Notes: generated by a model not told the origin, from the sequence alone. DNA of 45,625 nucleotides from Rhodocyclaceae bacterium (GCA_027492775.1 JAPUEC010000189.1:1-45625), one strand, 5' to 3'. Positions 1 through 8,872 are shown, counted from the stretch's first letter. Translations and numbers: made by a program.

Positions 1-585
1 ACCGCTCCCGGAGCCATCGCTGCCGTCACCGGAGCCACCACCGCCCGCACCCCCGCCGCGGGAGCCATCGCCCGCGCCGCCACCGCCCGCGCCGCCACCG
101 CCGGTGCCGCCGCCACCGCTCCCTGAACCATCGCCGCCGTCGCCGGTACCGCCACCGCCCGAGCCACCGCCGCCGGAACCACCGCCACCCGAGCCATCGC
201 CCGCGCCGCCATCGCCCGTTCCGCCGCCACCGCTCCCTGAGCCATCGCCGCCGTCACCGGTGCCGCCACCGCCCGAGCCATCCCCACCGGAGCCATCCCC
301 CGAACCGCCATCGCCAGTTCCGCCGCCACCGCCGCCGGTTCCGGTTCCGCCGTCTCCACCGCCGCCGGTGCCATCGCCGGTGTCGTCCGTTCCTGAACCG
401 TCGCCGCCCGCGCCGCCGCCATCGGTGCCGTCGGTGCTGGGTTTGGTCTCGGGCGGAAATGGATCCGTGTTGGGGGGCGCCGGGGGGCAGCCTTTACAGC
501 CGCCACCGCCGGGATCGCCCGGATCTCCCGGGTCGCCGGGAGTGGTGCCCCCGCCGCCGCCGCCATCCGGCGGGATGGGATCGGG
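1..585. repeat. Coding low-complexity / tandem-repeat DNA (Gly/Asp/Ser/Thr-rich tail of TpsA, with a Pro-rich shadow ORF on the plus strand)
   Basis: The minus frame gives ...PGDPGDPGDPGGGGCKGCPPAPPNTDPFPPETKPSTDGTDGGGAGGDGSG...GGGGTGDGGDGSGSGGGG... to the window edge. The 20-mer ccgccgccaccgctccctga occurs at 107-126 and again at 221-240, which is a 114-nt (38-codon) in-frame period, and the flanks are near-identical. Confidence 0.8.
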
Positions 586-3500
586 GTAGGGACTCGGATT
601 TTCACTCTTGCATACGGTCAGGTTGGTGCAGCCATTCCAGAGGCCGCCGCTGGTCCCGCCATTGGTTTCCTTGGTGTATTGCGGCGTGGCACCATAGGTG
701 TAGATGTTCTTGCCGGTGGACAAGATCAGTTTGCGGTTGCCTAGCGAAACGCCGAGGCTGTCGTTCCAGGGAATGTGAATGTCGCCGTAACCGGCTCCGC
801 CGCTGGGGAATGGGTAATCGGTGCTGCCGCTGATGATGATGGTGCTGCCGTCGGGCAGCTTGACGATGGTGGTGGAGCGGATTTCCTTTTCGTCCGGGCG
901 GGACTTGGACGAGGGGGCGATGCCGATCCAGACGGTTTCGTCGTTCAACGTGCGCAGCGTGATTTTCGGTTTATTGGGGTTGACGTAGCTCGAGGTTGGA
1001 TTCGGCAGGCTGAAGTTGTTGCTGAAAAAATGCAGTTGCGGGCCGAATGTGTCGAAGGAATGGATAGTCAGGTTGGGCGCGACCAGTCGCAGGTTGTACA
1101 GCGGCCCGACATTGTGGGCGACGATGCTGCCGGAGGTTTGCGCCGAAAGGCTGCGATAACCGAGGTTGAAGGCGCCGTCAGAACCGATATGGATGTCGCC
1201 GGCCTGGATGTTCTTGGCGCTTGAATGGATGTTCGCATCGTTGCGGATCGACTCCGGCGCGGTGCCGATGTAGAACGTGACGGTGGGATTGACGAACTTG
1301 AGCAGCGTCGCCGCGTCGTAATTGGTGTCGGCGGTGAAGTCGCTGTCGGTGCCGTTGTTGATGCCGATCCTGTTGGTGCTGGTAAAGGGTTGCAGCAAGA
1401 TTTTCGCGCCATCGGCAGTGGTCGCGTCGATCAGAATGTCCAGCGAATTGGCGCGCAGCAGCAAGGTATCGCCCTTGCTGATCAGTTTGATGATATTGAG
1501 CGCGCCGCCGGTTTGGAGGTAGAAGTTGCCAACCGGCTTGCTGGCGCTGTCGACCGAGACCGAACCCCCGCCGCTACTGGCACTGGCGTTCGCCGCCGGC
1601 GCGCCGATACCGATGGCGTTGAGGGTGCCGGTCTGGGCGGAATTGTCGATCCACATCAATTTGCCGCCGGCGGCCGCCAGCGACGATGCCTTCGATTCGA
1701 TGTAGAAAGTGCCCTTCAGGTCATCGCCGAAAACGCCCAGGGTATTGGCCTCGATGCGCTTGCCGGGCGCGGTGCGGGCGGTGAAATCGCCGCCGATGCC
1801 GATCGACACTACGCCCGAGCCGGTGGTGGTGGCGGCATTGATGTTCTGGTTGATATTGAGATTGCCGCCGATGGACAGCGACACGTTGTTGTCGTTGTAA
1901 ATGTCCGGCGTCGCTTGGCCGGTGGCGTCAACGCCGGCCGGCACGACGATGGTATTGGAAGTGGTGGTGATGCCGGAGGTGCCATTGACGGTGCCGACCG
2001 TCAGCGGGCCACCGGTATAGCTGACCGAGCCGTTGGTCGACGCGGCGAGGGTGCCGACCAGGTTGTTGGCGTTGTTGAGGACAAAGGGCGCAACCGCCGT
2101 CGCGCTGTTGCCGCGCAGCAGCAGGCTGCCGGCGGTGATCGAACCAGCGGGATCGGGCAGATTCGAAGCGTTCAAGTCGCGACGCTGGTAAACACCGCCT
2201 TCGCCGACGGTGAGCTGCACCGTCCCGACGCCGGCATTGATGCTTTGATTCAGGGTCAGGCTGGCGGGATTGGTGCCGTCGGGGAGTTTGGTCTTGTCGA
2301 AACCTGTGGCGTTGCCTGTGTTGATCGTGACATTGCCGTTGCCGGTGCTGATGCCATTGACGCTGTAGACGCTGCCCACCGTGACCGCGTTGGTGTCGGT
2401 GTAACTGAAGGCGCCATTGACCGAAGCGGCGATGGTGGAAAGGTTGTTGCCGCTGCTTGTCAGGCTCGCTGCCCCGCCGACCACCGCCATGCTGCTGGCG
2501 GTAATGGCGCCGCCGGTCTGGTTCGTTCCGCCGGAGGCACGGATGTAGAGGCTGCCGGTATCGATGTTCTGCGCCAGTGTCAAAGCGGCACTGTTTCGAT
2601 CCAGATAGAGCTGGGTGCTGCCATTGGTCTGCGTGATGCCGGAAAAGCCGTCCACCGTGCCGACGGTAAAGTTTTTGTCATTGGAAAAGCGCAATAGCCC
2701 GCCATTCAGATTGGCGGCAAAGGTATTGACCTTGTTCCAGCTATTGATGAAGCCGCTGCTGCCGACACCTGCCAGATCCCAGGCGCCACCACCGGAAATG
2801 AGCAGCGAATTGGCGCCGATGACGGTGCCAGCGCTCTGCGAGGCACCACCGGGTGCGCTCATGACGATGCTGCCGTTGTAGCCCTCGACATTCGACTTGA
2901 TGACGATCTGGTTGTTCGCCTGCAACCGCAGCGTCGTGGCCGCGCCCCATTGCACGCCACCGCCGCCGCCATCGTCGATGGTGATTGTGCCGCCCTTGGG
3001 CGCGGTGCCGGCGGCGGTGCTGGTAGTGACCGTGACGTTGCCGCTGTTGAGCGCGGCTTCCAGCGCCCCCACCGTCATGCGCGAAGTGCCGCCATTGTCG
3101 GTGGCATCCTGGAATGGCGAGCTTGCCGTCATGTCGGCGGTGGCTGGGTCGACGGCCTGGAGGATTTCGATATCGGACGGGTCCAGCAGCAACTTGCCGG
3201 CGCGGCCCTTTGGTGCCAGCGTATCGACCTTGCCGTTGAAATCGAGCAACGCCTTGCCGGAAACCTCGACCTCGCCGCCGTCGCCGGCCTGTGCGCCGCC
3301 CCGCGCCGAGATCCTGCCGTGGTAGCGGGTCAGGTCATCCGACCAGACCACCACCTTGCCGCCGTCGCCGCGACTGATGGCATCGGCGGTAATGGTGGTG
3401 TCCTTGCCGACATAGGCGGTGTTGGCGTTCGGTTGCGGCCCCTGGCCCTGGAAGCCGCCGCCGATGCGCACCGTTCCGCCGCCGGTGTCGCCGGAAGCAT

Positions 3501-4440
3501 CGATCCGGGCGGCATCGACCAGCGCCACGCGCTCGCCCAGCACGTCGACGCTGCCGCCCTTCTGACCTGCCGTCCGCCCGGAGGCATCCAGTGTTCCGGA
3601 GACCTGCGCATTGCCGCCGTCGGCCGAGAGGATGATGACGCCGTCGCGTTCCTCGACCCCCTGCGCCCGCACCAGGCCAGTGTTATTGACGGTCGCCGCC
3701 GCCATGTCGCGCGCCACCGCCGCCGTCATGATGGCGCGGCCGCCGTCGGCCAGCAATTGCCCGTTGTTTTCGACGCCGGAGAGTTCGGCCGCGGTTTTTT
3801 CGTTGACGGCGAAGTTGATCAGGCTGTCGCCGGCGATATCCAGCGTTATCTTGCTGCCGGCGGCCAGCACCACGGTACCGAGCCGGGCCTGGATCACGCC
3901 CCTGTTGGCGGCATAGTCGCCGGCCAGCACCACGTAGCCGCCGTCGCTCGCGCGGAGGATGCCGGCATTGACGACGTCACCCCGTTTAGTAAGCATGCCG
4001 GCGCGGTTGAACGCAAAGCGCCCGGCCAGGAAATCGTCATTGGAGATATTCAGGGTGGTGGCCACCAGGCCGCCCACGTCGACGGTCGCCCCGGCGCCGA
4101 AGTACACCCCGGCCGGATTGACCAGGAAAACTTGGCCGTTGGCGGAGAGGCTGCCGAGGATCGTCGAACGGTCATAACCCACCACGCGGTTGAGGATGAC
4201 CGACGCGGCATTGGGCTGCTTGAACACGACACTGTTCGCGCCGCCGATGGAAAAGCTTTGCCAGTCGATCACCGCCTTGGGCGTGGACTGGGTGATGGTC
4301 TGGTTGGCACCGGATTGCGAGACGGTGGCGGAACCGCCGGTGACGGTTCCGCCGGTCGGCAGTTGCGCGAGCGCGACGCCCCAGCAGGGCAAGGCCAGGG
4401 CGAGAACCAGCGCGCGCTTTTTGGGCTTAAAAGCTGCCAT
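1..4440 (-). CDS. Two-partner-secretion exoprotein (TpsA, filamentous-haemagglutinin family); 5' end complete, 3' end runs off the window (at least 1480 codons)
   Basis: I checked every triplet of the minus frame from ATG 4440 to position 1 and found no stop (no tta/cta/tca at plus positions 1 mod 3). The ORF is missing from the track only because it has no stop in the window. The N-terminus reads MAAFKPKKRALVLALALPCWGVALAQLPTGGTVTGGSATVSQSGANQTITQSTPKAVIDWQSFSIGGANSVVFKQPNAASVILNRVVGYDRSTILGSLSANGQVFLVNPAGVYFGAGATV, which is a signal peptide plus the TPS (haemagg_act) secretion domain. Further in is GKVVVWSDDLTRYHGRISAR, typical of this family. The start overlaps the stop of the upstream ShlB-type TpsB by 14 nt. 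Confidence 0.9.
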   Translation of the reverse strand, partial: MAAFKPKKRALVLALALPCWGVALAQLPTGGTVTGGSATVSQSGANQTITQSTPKAVIDWQSFSIGGANSVVFKQPNAASVILNRVVGYDRSTILGSLSANGQVFLVNPAGVYFGAGATVDVGGLVATTLNISNDDFLAGRFAFNRAGMLTKRGDVVNAGILRASDGGYVVLAGDYAANRGVIQARLGTVVLAAGSKITLDIAGDSLINFAVNEKTAAELSGVENNGQLLADGGRAIMTAAVARDMAAATVNNTGLVRAQGVEERDGVIILSADGGNAQVSGTLDASGRTAGQKGGSVDVLGERVALVDAARIDASGDTGGGTVRIGGGFQGQGPQPNANTAYVGKDTTITADAISRGDGGKVVVWSDDLTRYHGRISARGGAQAGDGGEVEVSGKALLDFNGKVDTLAPKGRAGKLLLDPSDIEILQAVDPATADMTASSPFQDATDNGGTSRMTVGALEAALNSGNVTVTTSTAAGTAPKGGTITIDDGGGGGVQWGAATTLRLQANNQIVIKSNVEGYNGSIVMSAPGGASQSAGTVIGANSLLISGGGAWDLAGVGSSGFINSWNKVNTFAANLNGGLLRFSNDKNFTVGTVDGFSGITQTNGSTQLYLDRNSAALTLAQNIDTGSLYIRASGGTNQTGGAITASSMAVVGGAASLTSSGNNLSTIAASVNGAFSYTDTNAVTVGSVYSVNGISTGNGNVTINTGNATGFDKTKLPDGTNPASLTLNQSINAGVGTVQLTVGEGGVYQRRDLNASNLPDPAGSITAGSLLLRGNSATAVAPFVLNNANNLVGTLAASTNGSVSYTGGPLTVGTVNGTSGITTTSNTIVVPAGVDATGQATPDIYNDNNVSLSIGGNLNINQNINAATTTGSGVVSIGIGGDFTARTAPGKRIEANTLGVFGDDLKGTFYIESKASSLAAAGGKLMWIDNSAQTGTLNAIGIGAPAANASASSGGGSVSVDSASKPVGNFYLQTGGALNIIKLISKGDTLLLRANSLDILIDATTADGAKILLQPFTSTNRIGINNGTDSDFTADTNYDAATLLKFVNPTVTFYIGTAPESIRNDANIHSSAKNIQAGDIHIGSDGAFNLGYRSLSAQTSGSIVAHNVGPLYNLRLVAPNLTIHSFDTFGPQLHFFSNNFSLPNPTSSYVNPNKPKITLRTLNDETVWIGIAPSSKSRPDEKEIRSTTIVKLPDGSTIIISGSTDYPFPSGGAGYGDIHIPWNDSLGVSLGNRKLILSTGKNIYTYGATPQYTKETNGGTSGGLWNGCTNLTVCKSENPSPYPDPIPPDGGGGGGTTPGDPGDPGDPGGGGCKGCPPAPPNTDPFPPETKPSTDGTDGGGAGGDGSGTDDTGDGTGGGGDGGTGTGGGGGGTGDGGSGDGSGGDGSGGGGTGDGGDGSGSGGGGTGDGGAGDGSGGGGSGGGGSGGGGTGDGGDGSGSGGGGTGGGGAGGGGAGDGSRGGGAGGGGSGDGSDGSGSG

Positions 4441-6094
4441 TGATGCTGATCCAGAATCGTTGGCGCTTGCCCTCGTTGCTGGCGCCGGATGAACCGATTT
4501 TTCGCGCGAAATCGAAGGACAACGCCGTTCCGGCAAAGGGATAGAAACTGGTGCCAAAACCGGCGCTACGTAGCCGGTCGCTGCTGTCGCTGTATCCCGG
4601 CATCTTGTAGATGACCTGGCCCATGTCGGCCGTCAGCCGAAAGACGCCCATGCGGCCGGCCAATGCGAATGGATGGCGCAATTCCGCGGTCGCCAGATAG
4701 CCGGTATCGCCGCGCACCTCAGAGGGACGAAAAGCCCGGACGCTGCCCGGCCCGCCGAGAGAGAATTTCTCGGTGTCCGGCAACATGTCCTTGCTGTAGA
4801 CCATGTTGCCGCGCAGGTAGAAATCCCATTCCTTGAAGAAGGGCGTGGTGTGGCTGACGTCGGCTTCCAGGCGGCCAAACAGCGCATCCCGCTGTTGCGG
4901 CGTTTTCACGCCCTTGAAATTGGTGGCCAGCGACAGGCTCGCGCTCGTGACCGAAGTGTCCTCATGCACATGGTTCAGCAGGTAGTTGAGGTTGAACACA
5001 TTGATCTTGTGGTCCGAGATCGGCACGCCGAGCGCGGTTTGCGTCAAATGGCTCTGCTTGACGCCGACATTGAACCACTGGCTGGTGTGGCGTGTGCGCT
5101 GGAACGGGTGGCTGATCGTAATGTCGGCGGTGCGGATTTCTCCGGTGATGCCGAGTGCCGCCAGCGCGCCGGAAACATCGTACTGGGCGCGCGAGCTGCC
5201 GAATGCGATCCGCGTGCCGTCGGTATTCAGGGGCGCGGAATAGCCAAACTTCCAATAGCGCACCAGCTTATGCTCGGTGCTCGACCCGGAAAACGCCAAC
5301 TGATCGCCGAATCCGAAGGGGGAATTGAGATTGAGCGCCACTTCCGCCTTGTTCTGGCCGGTTTCCCGGCGGCCATGGTTGTTGATGCCGACGTTGCCGG
5401 AGACCAGCTTTTCGATGACGCGGACCTCGGCATTGGTGGTGCCGAATTCTGTGCCGGGGTCGAGCACCGCCTTGGCCGACAAGCCGGGGATGTCGTTGAG
5501 CAGAAGCATGCTGCGCTCCAGCGCCTCGCCGGTGACCAGCGTTCCCGGTGCGAGCGGCGCCGTGCGAGCGGCCAGGAAGTGGGCGCTGTGACGGCGGTTG
5601 CCGGTGAACGACACCTTACCGATGCGGCCCTCGACGATGCGTACCGTCACCGCGCCATCGACCACGCGCTGCGGCGGGATCACCGCGCGAGCCAGCGGGT
5701 AGCCGCGCTCCTGGTAGAAGGCGGTGATGGTGTCGGCAGCCAGATTCAAATCGTAAAGATTCAACTCCATGTCGAGAAAGCGCTCGAGCTGCGTCTTCAA
5801 GGTGCGGCTGGAAAACACCGTGTTGCCCGACATGTTGAACGCATGCACCTGGAAGCGGCGTGCCCGGGGATCATGCGGCGAAGGTTTCGGCTGAACTGGC
5901 ATCACGACCTGCGCCGGCGTCGCCGGCAGGCGCATGCGTGCCGGTTCCATCGTGTCCTGCACGCTGCCCGGCGTCAGCGGCGCATCCGCCGCCCAGGCCG
6001 GCAGCACCGCTTGCAGCAGCAGCCATGCGCCCAGCCACCGGCGCGGCGCACGGGCCGGCGAAGACGCGATGGGGAGCGGACGCAAAATGGGCAC
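4427..6094 (-). CDS. TpsB outer-membrane transporter (ShlB/FhaC/HecB family, POTRA domains plus beta-barrel)
   Basis: 555 aa. Signal peptide MPILRPLPIASSPARAPRRWLGAWLLLQAVLPAWAADA. POTRA-like FQVHAFNMSGNTVFSSRTLKTQLERF...VRIVEGRIGKVSFTGN, followed by a long barrel ending ...FWISINGSF (terminal aromatic residue). It lies directly upstream of a TPS-domain protein and overlaps it. Confidence 0.9.
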   Translation of the reverse strand: MPILRPLPIASSPARAPRRWLGAWLLLQAVLPAWAADAPLTPGSVQDTMEPARMRLPATPAQVVMPVQPKPSPHDPRARRFQVHAFNMSGNTVFSSRTLKTQLERFLDMELNLYDLNLAADTITAFYQERGYPLARAVIPPQRVVDGAVTVRIVEGRIGKVSFTGNRRHSAHFLAARTAPLAPGTLVTGEALERSMLLLNDIPGLSAKAVLDPGTEFGTTNAEVRVIEKLVSGNVGINNHGRRETGQNKAEVALNLNSPFGFGDQLAFSGSSTEHKLVRYWKFGYSAPLNTDGTRIAFGSSRAQYDVSGALAALGITGEIRTADITISHPFQRTRHTSQWFNVGVKQSHLTQTALGVPISDHKINVFNLNYLLNHVHEDTSVTSASLSLATNFKGVKTPQQRDALFGRLEADVSHTTPFFKEWDFYLRGNMVYSKDMLPDTEKFSLGGPGSVRAFRPSEVRGDTGYLATAELRHPFALAGRMGVFRLTADMGQVIYKMPGYSDSSDRLRSAGFGTSFYPFAGTALSFDFARKIGSSGASNEGKRQRFWISINGSF

Positions 6095-6112
6095 GATGGC
6101 GGGCGGCCCTGA

Positions 6113-6568
6113 CTATGCGGAGAGCGCTTCGCGCAGGCGGCGGTTGGCATCCTGCAGGTCGCGCGCCATCTGAACCGCGATCATGTATTGGAGATGGCGG
6201 CCGATCGGCGAGGCCTCCTGGAAGAGCTTGGCGAAGCCTTCGCGAGAGAGCGCTGCGGTCTGGCCGGGACCGACCGCGGCGCAGGTCGAAGCCGCCGGCA
6301 GATTGTCGACCAGCGAAAGGATGCCGAACATCTCGCCATCGCAAACTTCGCGCAGCTCGTACTCATCGCCGCCTTCGGCGTCATGCCGGGTGATGCGCAC
6401 CACGCCGCGCAGCAGGAGATACAGTGCCTCGCCCTGCTGTCCCTGATGAATGAATGTGTGACCGGCCTCGTGGTCGCGCACGGTGAGCTGGGCGGCGAAG
6501 GCTTCCAACTGCGGCGGGCTGAAATCCTCGAATGCCGGCAGGTTTTTGAGGAAAATTTTCAAGTCCAT
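6113..6568 (-). CDS. Standalone cyclic-nucleotide-binding (CAP/Crp effector-domain-like) protein with no output domain
   Basis: 151 aa. FLKNLPAFEDFSPPQLEAFAAQLTVRDHEAGHTFIHQGQQGEALYLLLRGVVRI...DGEMFGILSLVDNLPAASTCAAV has the CNB beta-roll layout. No HTH or other domain follows. Confidence 0.7.
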   Translation of the reverse strand: MDLKIFLKNLPAFEDFSPPQLEAFAAQLTVRDHEAGHTFIHQGQQGEALYLLLRGVVRITRHDAEGGDEYELREVCDGEMFGILSLVDNLPAASTCAAVGPGQTAALSREGFAKLFQEASPIGRHLQYMIAVQMARDLQDANRRLREALSA

Positions 6569-6601
6569 ATCGGGCTTTCCAATGCGTGAGGTGATGCCGA
6601 T

Positions 6602-7045
6602 TCAGGATTCGGCACGCAGGCGCTTGGCCATCAGGTCGATGAATTGATCGAGGAGCGCCTTGGCAACCGCCTCGTTCTGCGCGATCAGCGATTCGAAGGA
6701 TTTGTGATGAATCCGCATGACCCGACCATCGGTCTCGGCCACGATGGTGGCGCTGGCCTTGAATTCGCCGCTCAAAACCGACACTTCGCCCAGCCATTCA
6801 CCGGGGCGCACGGTGGCGATGCGCTTGCCCTTGCCGGCATCCTCGATGTAGACGCCAAATTCGCCATCGAGCACGAAGTAAAGGAACTCAACCGGCATGC
6901 GGTCGCGGATCAGGGTGCGGCCGACGGCGATGTCCTGCATCGTGGCGCCTTCGAGCAGGGCGGCCAGATGCTCGGCGGACAGCGACCCGGCGATTTTGGG
7001 AAAGCGCTGGGCGAAATCGGCAGCCGCGTGCGGGTCGGTCTTCAT
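6602..7045 (-). CDS. Standalone cyclic-nucleotide-binding-like protein (paralogous arrangement to 6113-6568)
   Basis: 147 aa. ...IAVGRTLIRDRMPVEFLYFVLDGEFGVYIED...RPGEWLGEVSVLSGEFKASATIVAETDGRVMRIHHKSFESLI. Its ATG (7045) overlaps the TGA of the upstream DUF805 gene (ATGA). Confidence 0.7.
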   Translation of the reverse strand: MKTDPHAAADFAQRFPKIAGSLSAEHLAALLEGATMQDIAVGRTLIRDRMPVEFLYFVLDGEFGVYIEDAGKGKRIATVRPGEWLGEVSVLSGEFKASATIVAETDGRVMRIHHKSFESLIAQNEAVAKALLDQFIDLMAKRLRAES

Positions 7046-7584
7046 GGGGTGTAGGGCTTCAAGGTGGTGGAGGGCGGTGTTTCCGGTGCAGCCGGCGCGC
7101 CGGCCTGGTAGAGGTGGATGCCGCCGCTGGCGAGGAAAGTCGCCACCAGCAGGATGGGCACCACGACGGCAACCAGCTTCATGCCGGCCGATTCTTCATC
7201 CGGCGCCGCGCCGTAGGCATTGGCGCCGGGGGTGCCGGGAATGAACCAGAACAGGAGATTGACGACCGGGACGAACAGCAACAGTGCGATCCAGCCGCCG
7301 CGGTTGAAATCATGGGCGCGGCGCACCGTCAGGATGGCGAACCAGATCGGCAAGACGCAATACAGCAGGAGCACGCTGATCGATATGTAGAGCAGTTGGC
7401 CGAGCTGGCCGGAAGGCACCAGCGCCAGTCCGGCCAGGATCATGAAAACGAACAGCGCCGCGATGGTGGCCAGGCAATAGACGATGTAGCGGACGCGGTT
7501 GAGCCGCCCCCGCAGCGACAGGAAGCCGGGCTTTTTCGTATCGGCCGGCGCGGCGGCGGGCAGATCGAATGGCGGCGCGGTCAT
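7042..7584 (-). CDS. DUF805-family inner-membrane protein
   Basis: The track ORF 7042-7818 was trimmed to the ATG at 7584, which overlaps the TGA of the upstream gene (ATGA). Motifs: SLRGRLNRVRYIVY, three or four hydrophobic helices, and VRRAHDFNRGGWIALLLFVPVVNLLFWFIPGTPGANAYGAAP, the DUF805 signature. Confidence 0.75.
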   Translation of the reverse strand: MTAPPFDLPAAAPADTKKPGFLSLRGRLNRVRYIVYCLATIAALFVFMILAGLALVPSGQLGQLLYISISVLLLYCVLPIWFAILTVRRAHDFNRGGWIALLLFVPVVNLLFWFIPGTPGANAYGAAPDEESAGMKLVAVVVPILLVATFLASGGIHLYQAGAPAAPETPPSTTLKPYTP

Positions 7585-8351
7585 GGTCCCACCCATTTGC
7601 CGGGGCTCTTGAAGGGCGTCTGCATCCGCACGATGGCCTCCGAGGTGACCGGGATGCGGTATTCGTCTGCAATGTCGGTGCAGCGCTTGCTCGTGGTGCC
7701 GCCGCCGGTCGAAGCGAGCATGTCGGCCGCCGTGGTGCCGACGACCGGCGTCGGCGGCGGATCGATGGCGAGGTTGTAGATCAGCTTGTTGAGAATCGGC
7801 ACGACCATCTTGTAGCAATAGGTCACGCGGACTTTCAGCAGGTTAGCGTCCTGGATGTTCATGCCGCCGCCGGCGATATCGGTCGGACGGTACATCAGGT
7901 TGTCGTTCGGGATCTCGTCGCCGGCTTCGGATTGCCCCTGATAGGCGGAAAGTGCCGCCGAGGTTGGATTGACGATGGTGATCTGGGTGATCTTGGTGTT
8001 GGTCACCTCGGTGTTCGCTTTCTTCCAGGCATCCTTCAACAGGGCGAGATTGCGGCTGCCACCGTTGGTCTGGCTGTGGGCGAACATCGGCATCATGCCG
8101 GAGGTGAGGCCGTCGACGATTGCGGTCATCGAACCGTTGTTGAGTGCGCCCTGGCGGGTGGCATTGAAGGTGGCGTAATTGAGGGTCGCCTTGGTCTGGT
8201 AAATGAAACCGAACTGGATCGCGCCGAGAATCAGCATGATCAGGATGGGGAAGACGTAGATGTATTCGACCAGCGCCTGCCCCGATGCGGCCGAATGGCG
8301 GCGCATCGCCGGCTGCGCCCGGATAGCGGGGGCTGGCGGCGTGGCCATCAT
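7581..8351 (-). CDS. TadE/TadF-like pseudopilin
   Basis: 256 aa. The N-terminus ...RRHSAASGQALVEYIYVFPILIMLILGAIQFGF is the G-x4-EY prepilin-like motif followed by a hydrophobic helix (TadE N-terminal domain). Its start overlaps the stop of the upstream TPR gene. Confidence 0.75.
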   Translation of the reverse strand: MMATPPAPAIRAQPAMRRHSAASGQALVEYIYVFPILIMLILGAIQFGFIYQTKATLNYATFNATRQGALNNGSMTAIVDGLTSGMMPMFAHSQTNGGSRNLALLKDAWKKANTEVTNTKITQITIVNPTSAALSAYQGQSEAGDEIPNDNLMYRPTDIAGGGMNIQDANLLKVRVTYCYKMVVPILNKLIYNLAIDPPPTPVVGTTAADMLASTGGGTTSKRCTDIADEYRIPVTSEAIVRMQTPFKSPGKWVGP

Positions 8352-8872
8352 TTCTTGTTCTCGGGGGCAGGGCCGGGGTTGACACTGCCTGCGGAAGCGG
8401 CGGGCGGCACCTTGCGTTGCAAGCCGTCCAGCGGCAGCTTTTCCATGGTGGCGATCAAGGCCTCCAGCCGCGCATGCAGGGGATCGTCGGGGCCGACCAG
8501 GCCATGCGCCTGGATAAAAGCCGCCCAGGCTTCGCGCAGGCGCACGACGCCGATGTTGTGCCAGGCGCGCGCATCGCCAGGGTTGAGCATCAAGGCCTTC
8601 TGATAGGCTTGCGTCGCCAGTTCCGGGCGGGCGGAGCGCGCATAGAGGTTGCCGAGATAGAACCAGGTTTCACCATCGTTCGGCGCGGCCCGGGATAGAC
8701 CCAGCAACAGCTTTTCCGCACGCTCGTCCTGGTTGCCGGCATAGGCGACCTGCGCTTCCCGGCGCAGGTCGTAAAGGCTCCCTTGCTCGTTCGGCAGCAG
8801 GGCGCAACCGCCAGCCGGGAGCAAGGCGGACAAGAGGGCGGCCTGGGCAATGAATCGTCGCATTTGCCTCAT
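8348..8872 (-). CDS. TPR-repeat lipoprotein (TadD-like candidate secretin pilotin)
   Basis: 174 aa. The signal/lipobox-like sequence is AALLSALLPAGGC. TPR-like helices include WFYLGNLYARSARPELATQAYQKALMLNPGDARAWHNIGVV. The position after tadC matches tadD in canonical loci. Confidence 0.6.
   Translation of the reverse strand: MRQMRRFIAQAALLSALLPAGGCALLPNEQGSLYDLRREAQVAYAGNQDERAEKLLLGLSRAAPNDGETWFYLGNLYARSARPELATQAYQKALMLNPGDARAWHNIGVVRLREAWAAFIQAHGLVGPDDPLHARLEALIATMEKLPLDGLQRKVPPAASAGSVNPGPAPENKK

Noticed and set aside
1-585. Repetitive DNA that might have been a CRISPR array or satellite
   Set aside because: The repeats are in-frame, lie inside an open reading frame, and have no spacer/repeat alternation. 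They are coding low-complexity sequence.
104-589. Plus-strand 161-aa ORF encoding an extreme Pro-rich protein (PPPPLPEPSPP...)
   Set aside because: It is the antisense shadow of the Gly-rich tail of the minus-strand TpsA frame. That frame is open across the whole region and continuous with a bona fide TPS-domain protein. GGN codons read antisense give NCC, hence the Pro and Ser.
1-4440. A CDI-type (CdiA) toxin reading of the TpsA protein
   Set aside because: I noticed no VENN or other pre-toxin motif in the 1480 visible residues, and no small immunity-like ORF follows within the window. The C-terminus lies outside the window, so this cannot be excluded, only left unsupported.
1225-6112. Long plus-strand ORFs 1225-2697 (490 aa), 2950-4443 (497 aa) and 4673-6112 (479 aa)
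   Set aside because: They are Arg/Ala/Gly/Asp-rich with no recognisable domains. They lie exactly opposite the TpsA and TpsB genes, which have clear family motifs. These are typical stop-poor antisense frames of GC-rich DNA.
7585-7818. Long N-terminal extensions in the track ORFs (7042-7818, 16094-17431, 18623-18967, 22250-23251, 23121-25370, 43215-44645, 30841-31824, 31668-32915, 35897-36862, 34609-36027)
   Set aside because: The extensions are Arg/His/Pro-rich, overlap the upstream gene and precede obvious signal peptides or conserved N-termini. The internal ATG/GTG starts coincide with start/stop overlaps or Shine-Dalgarno sequences.
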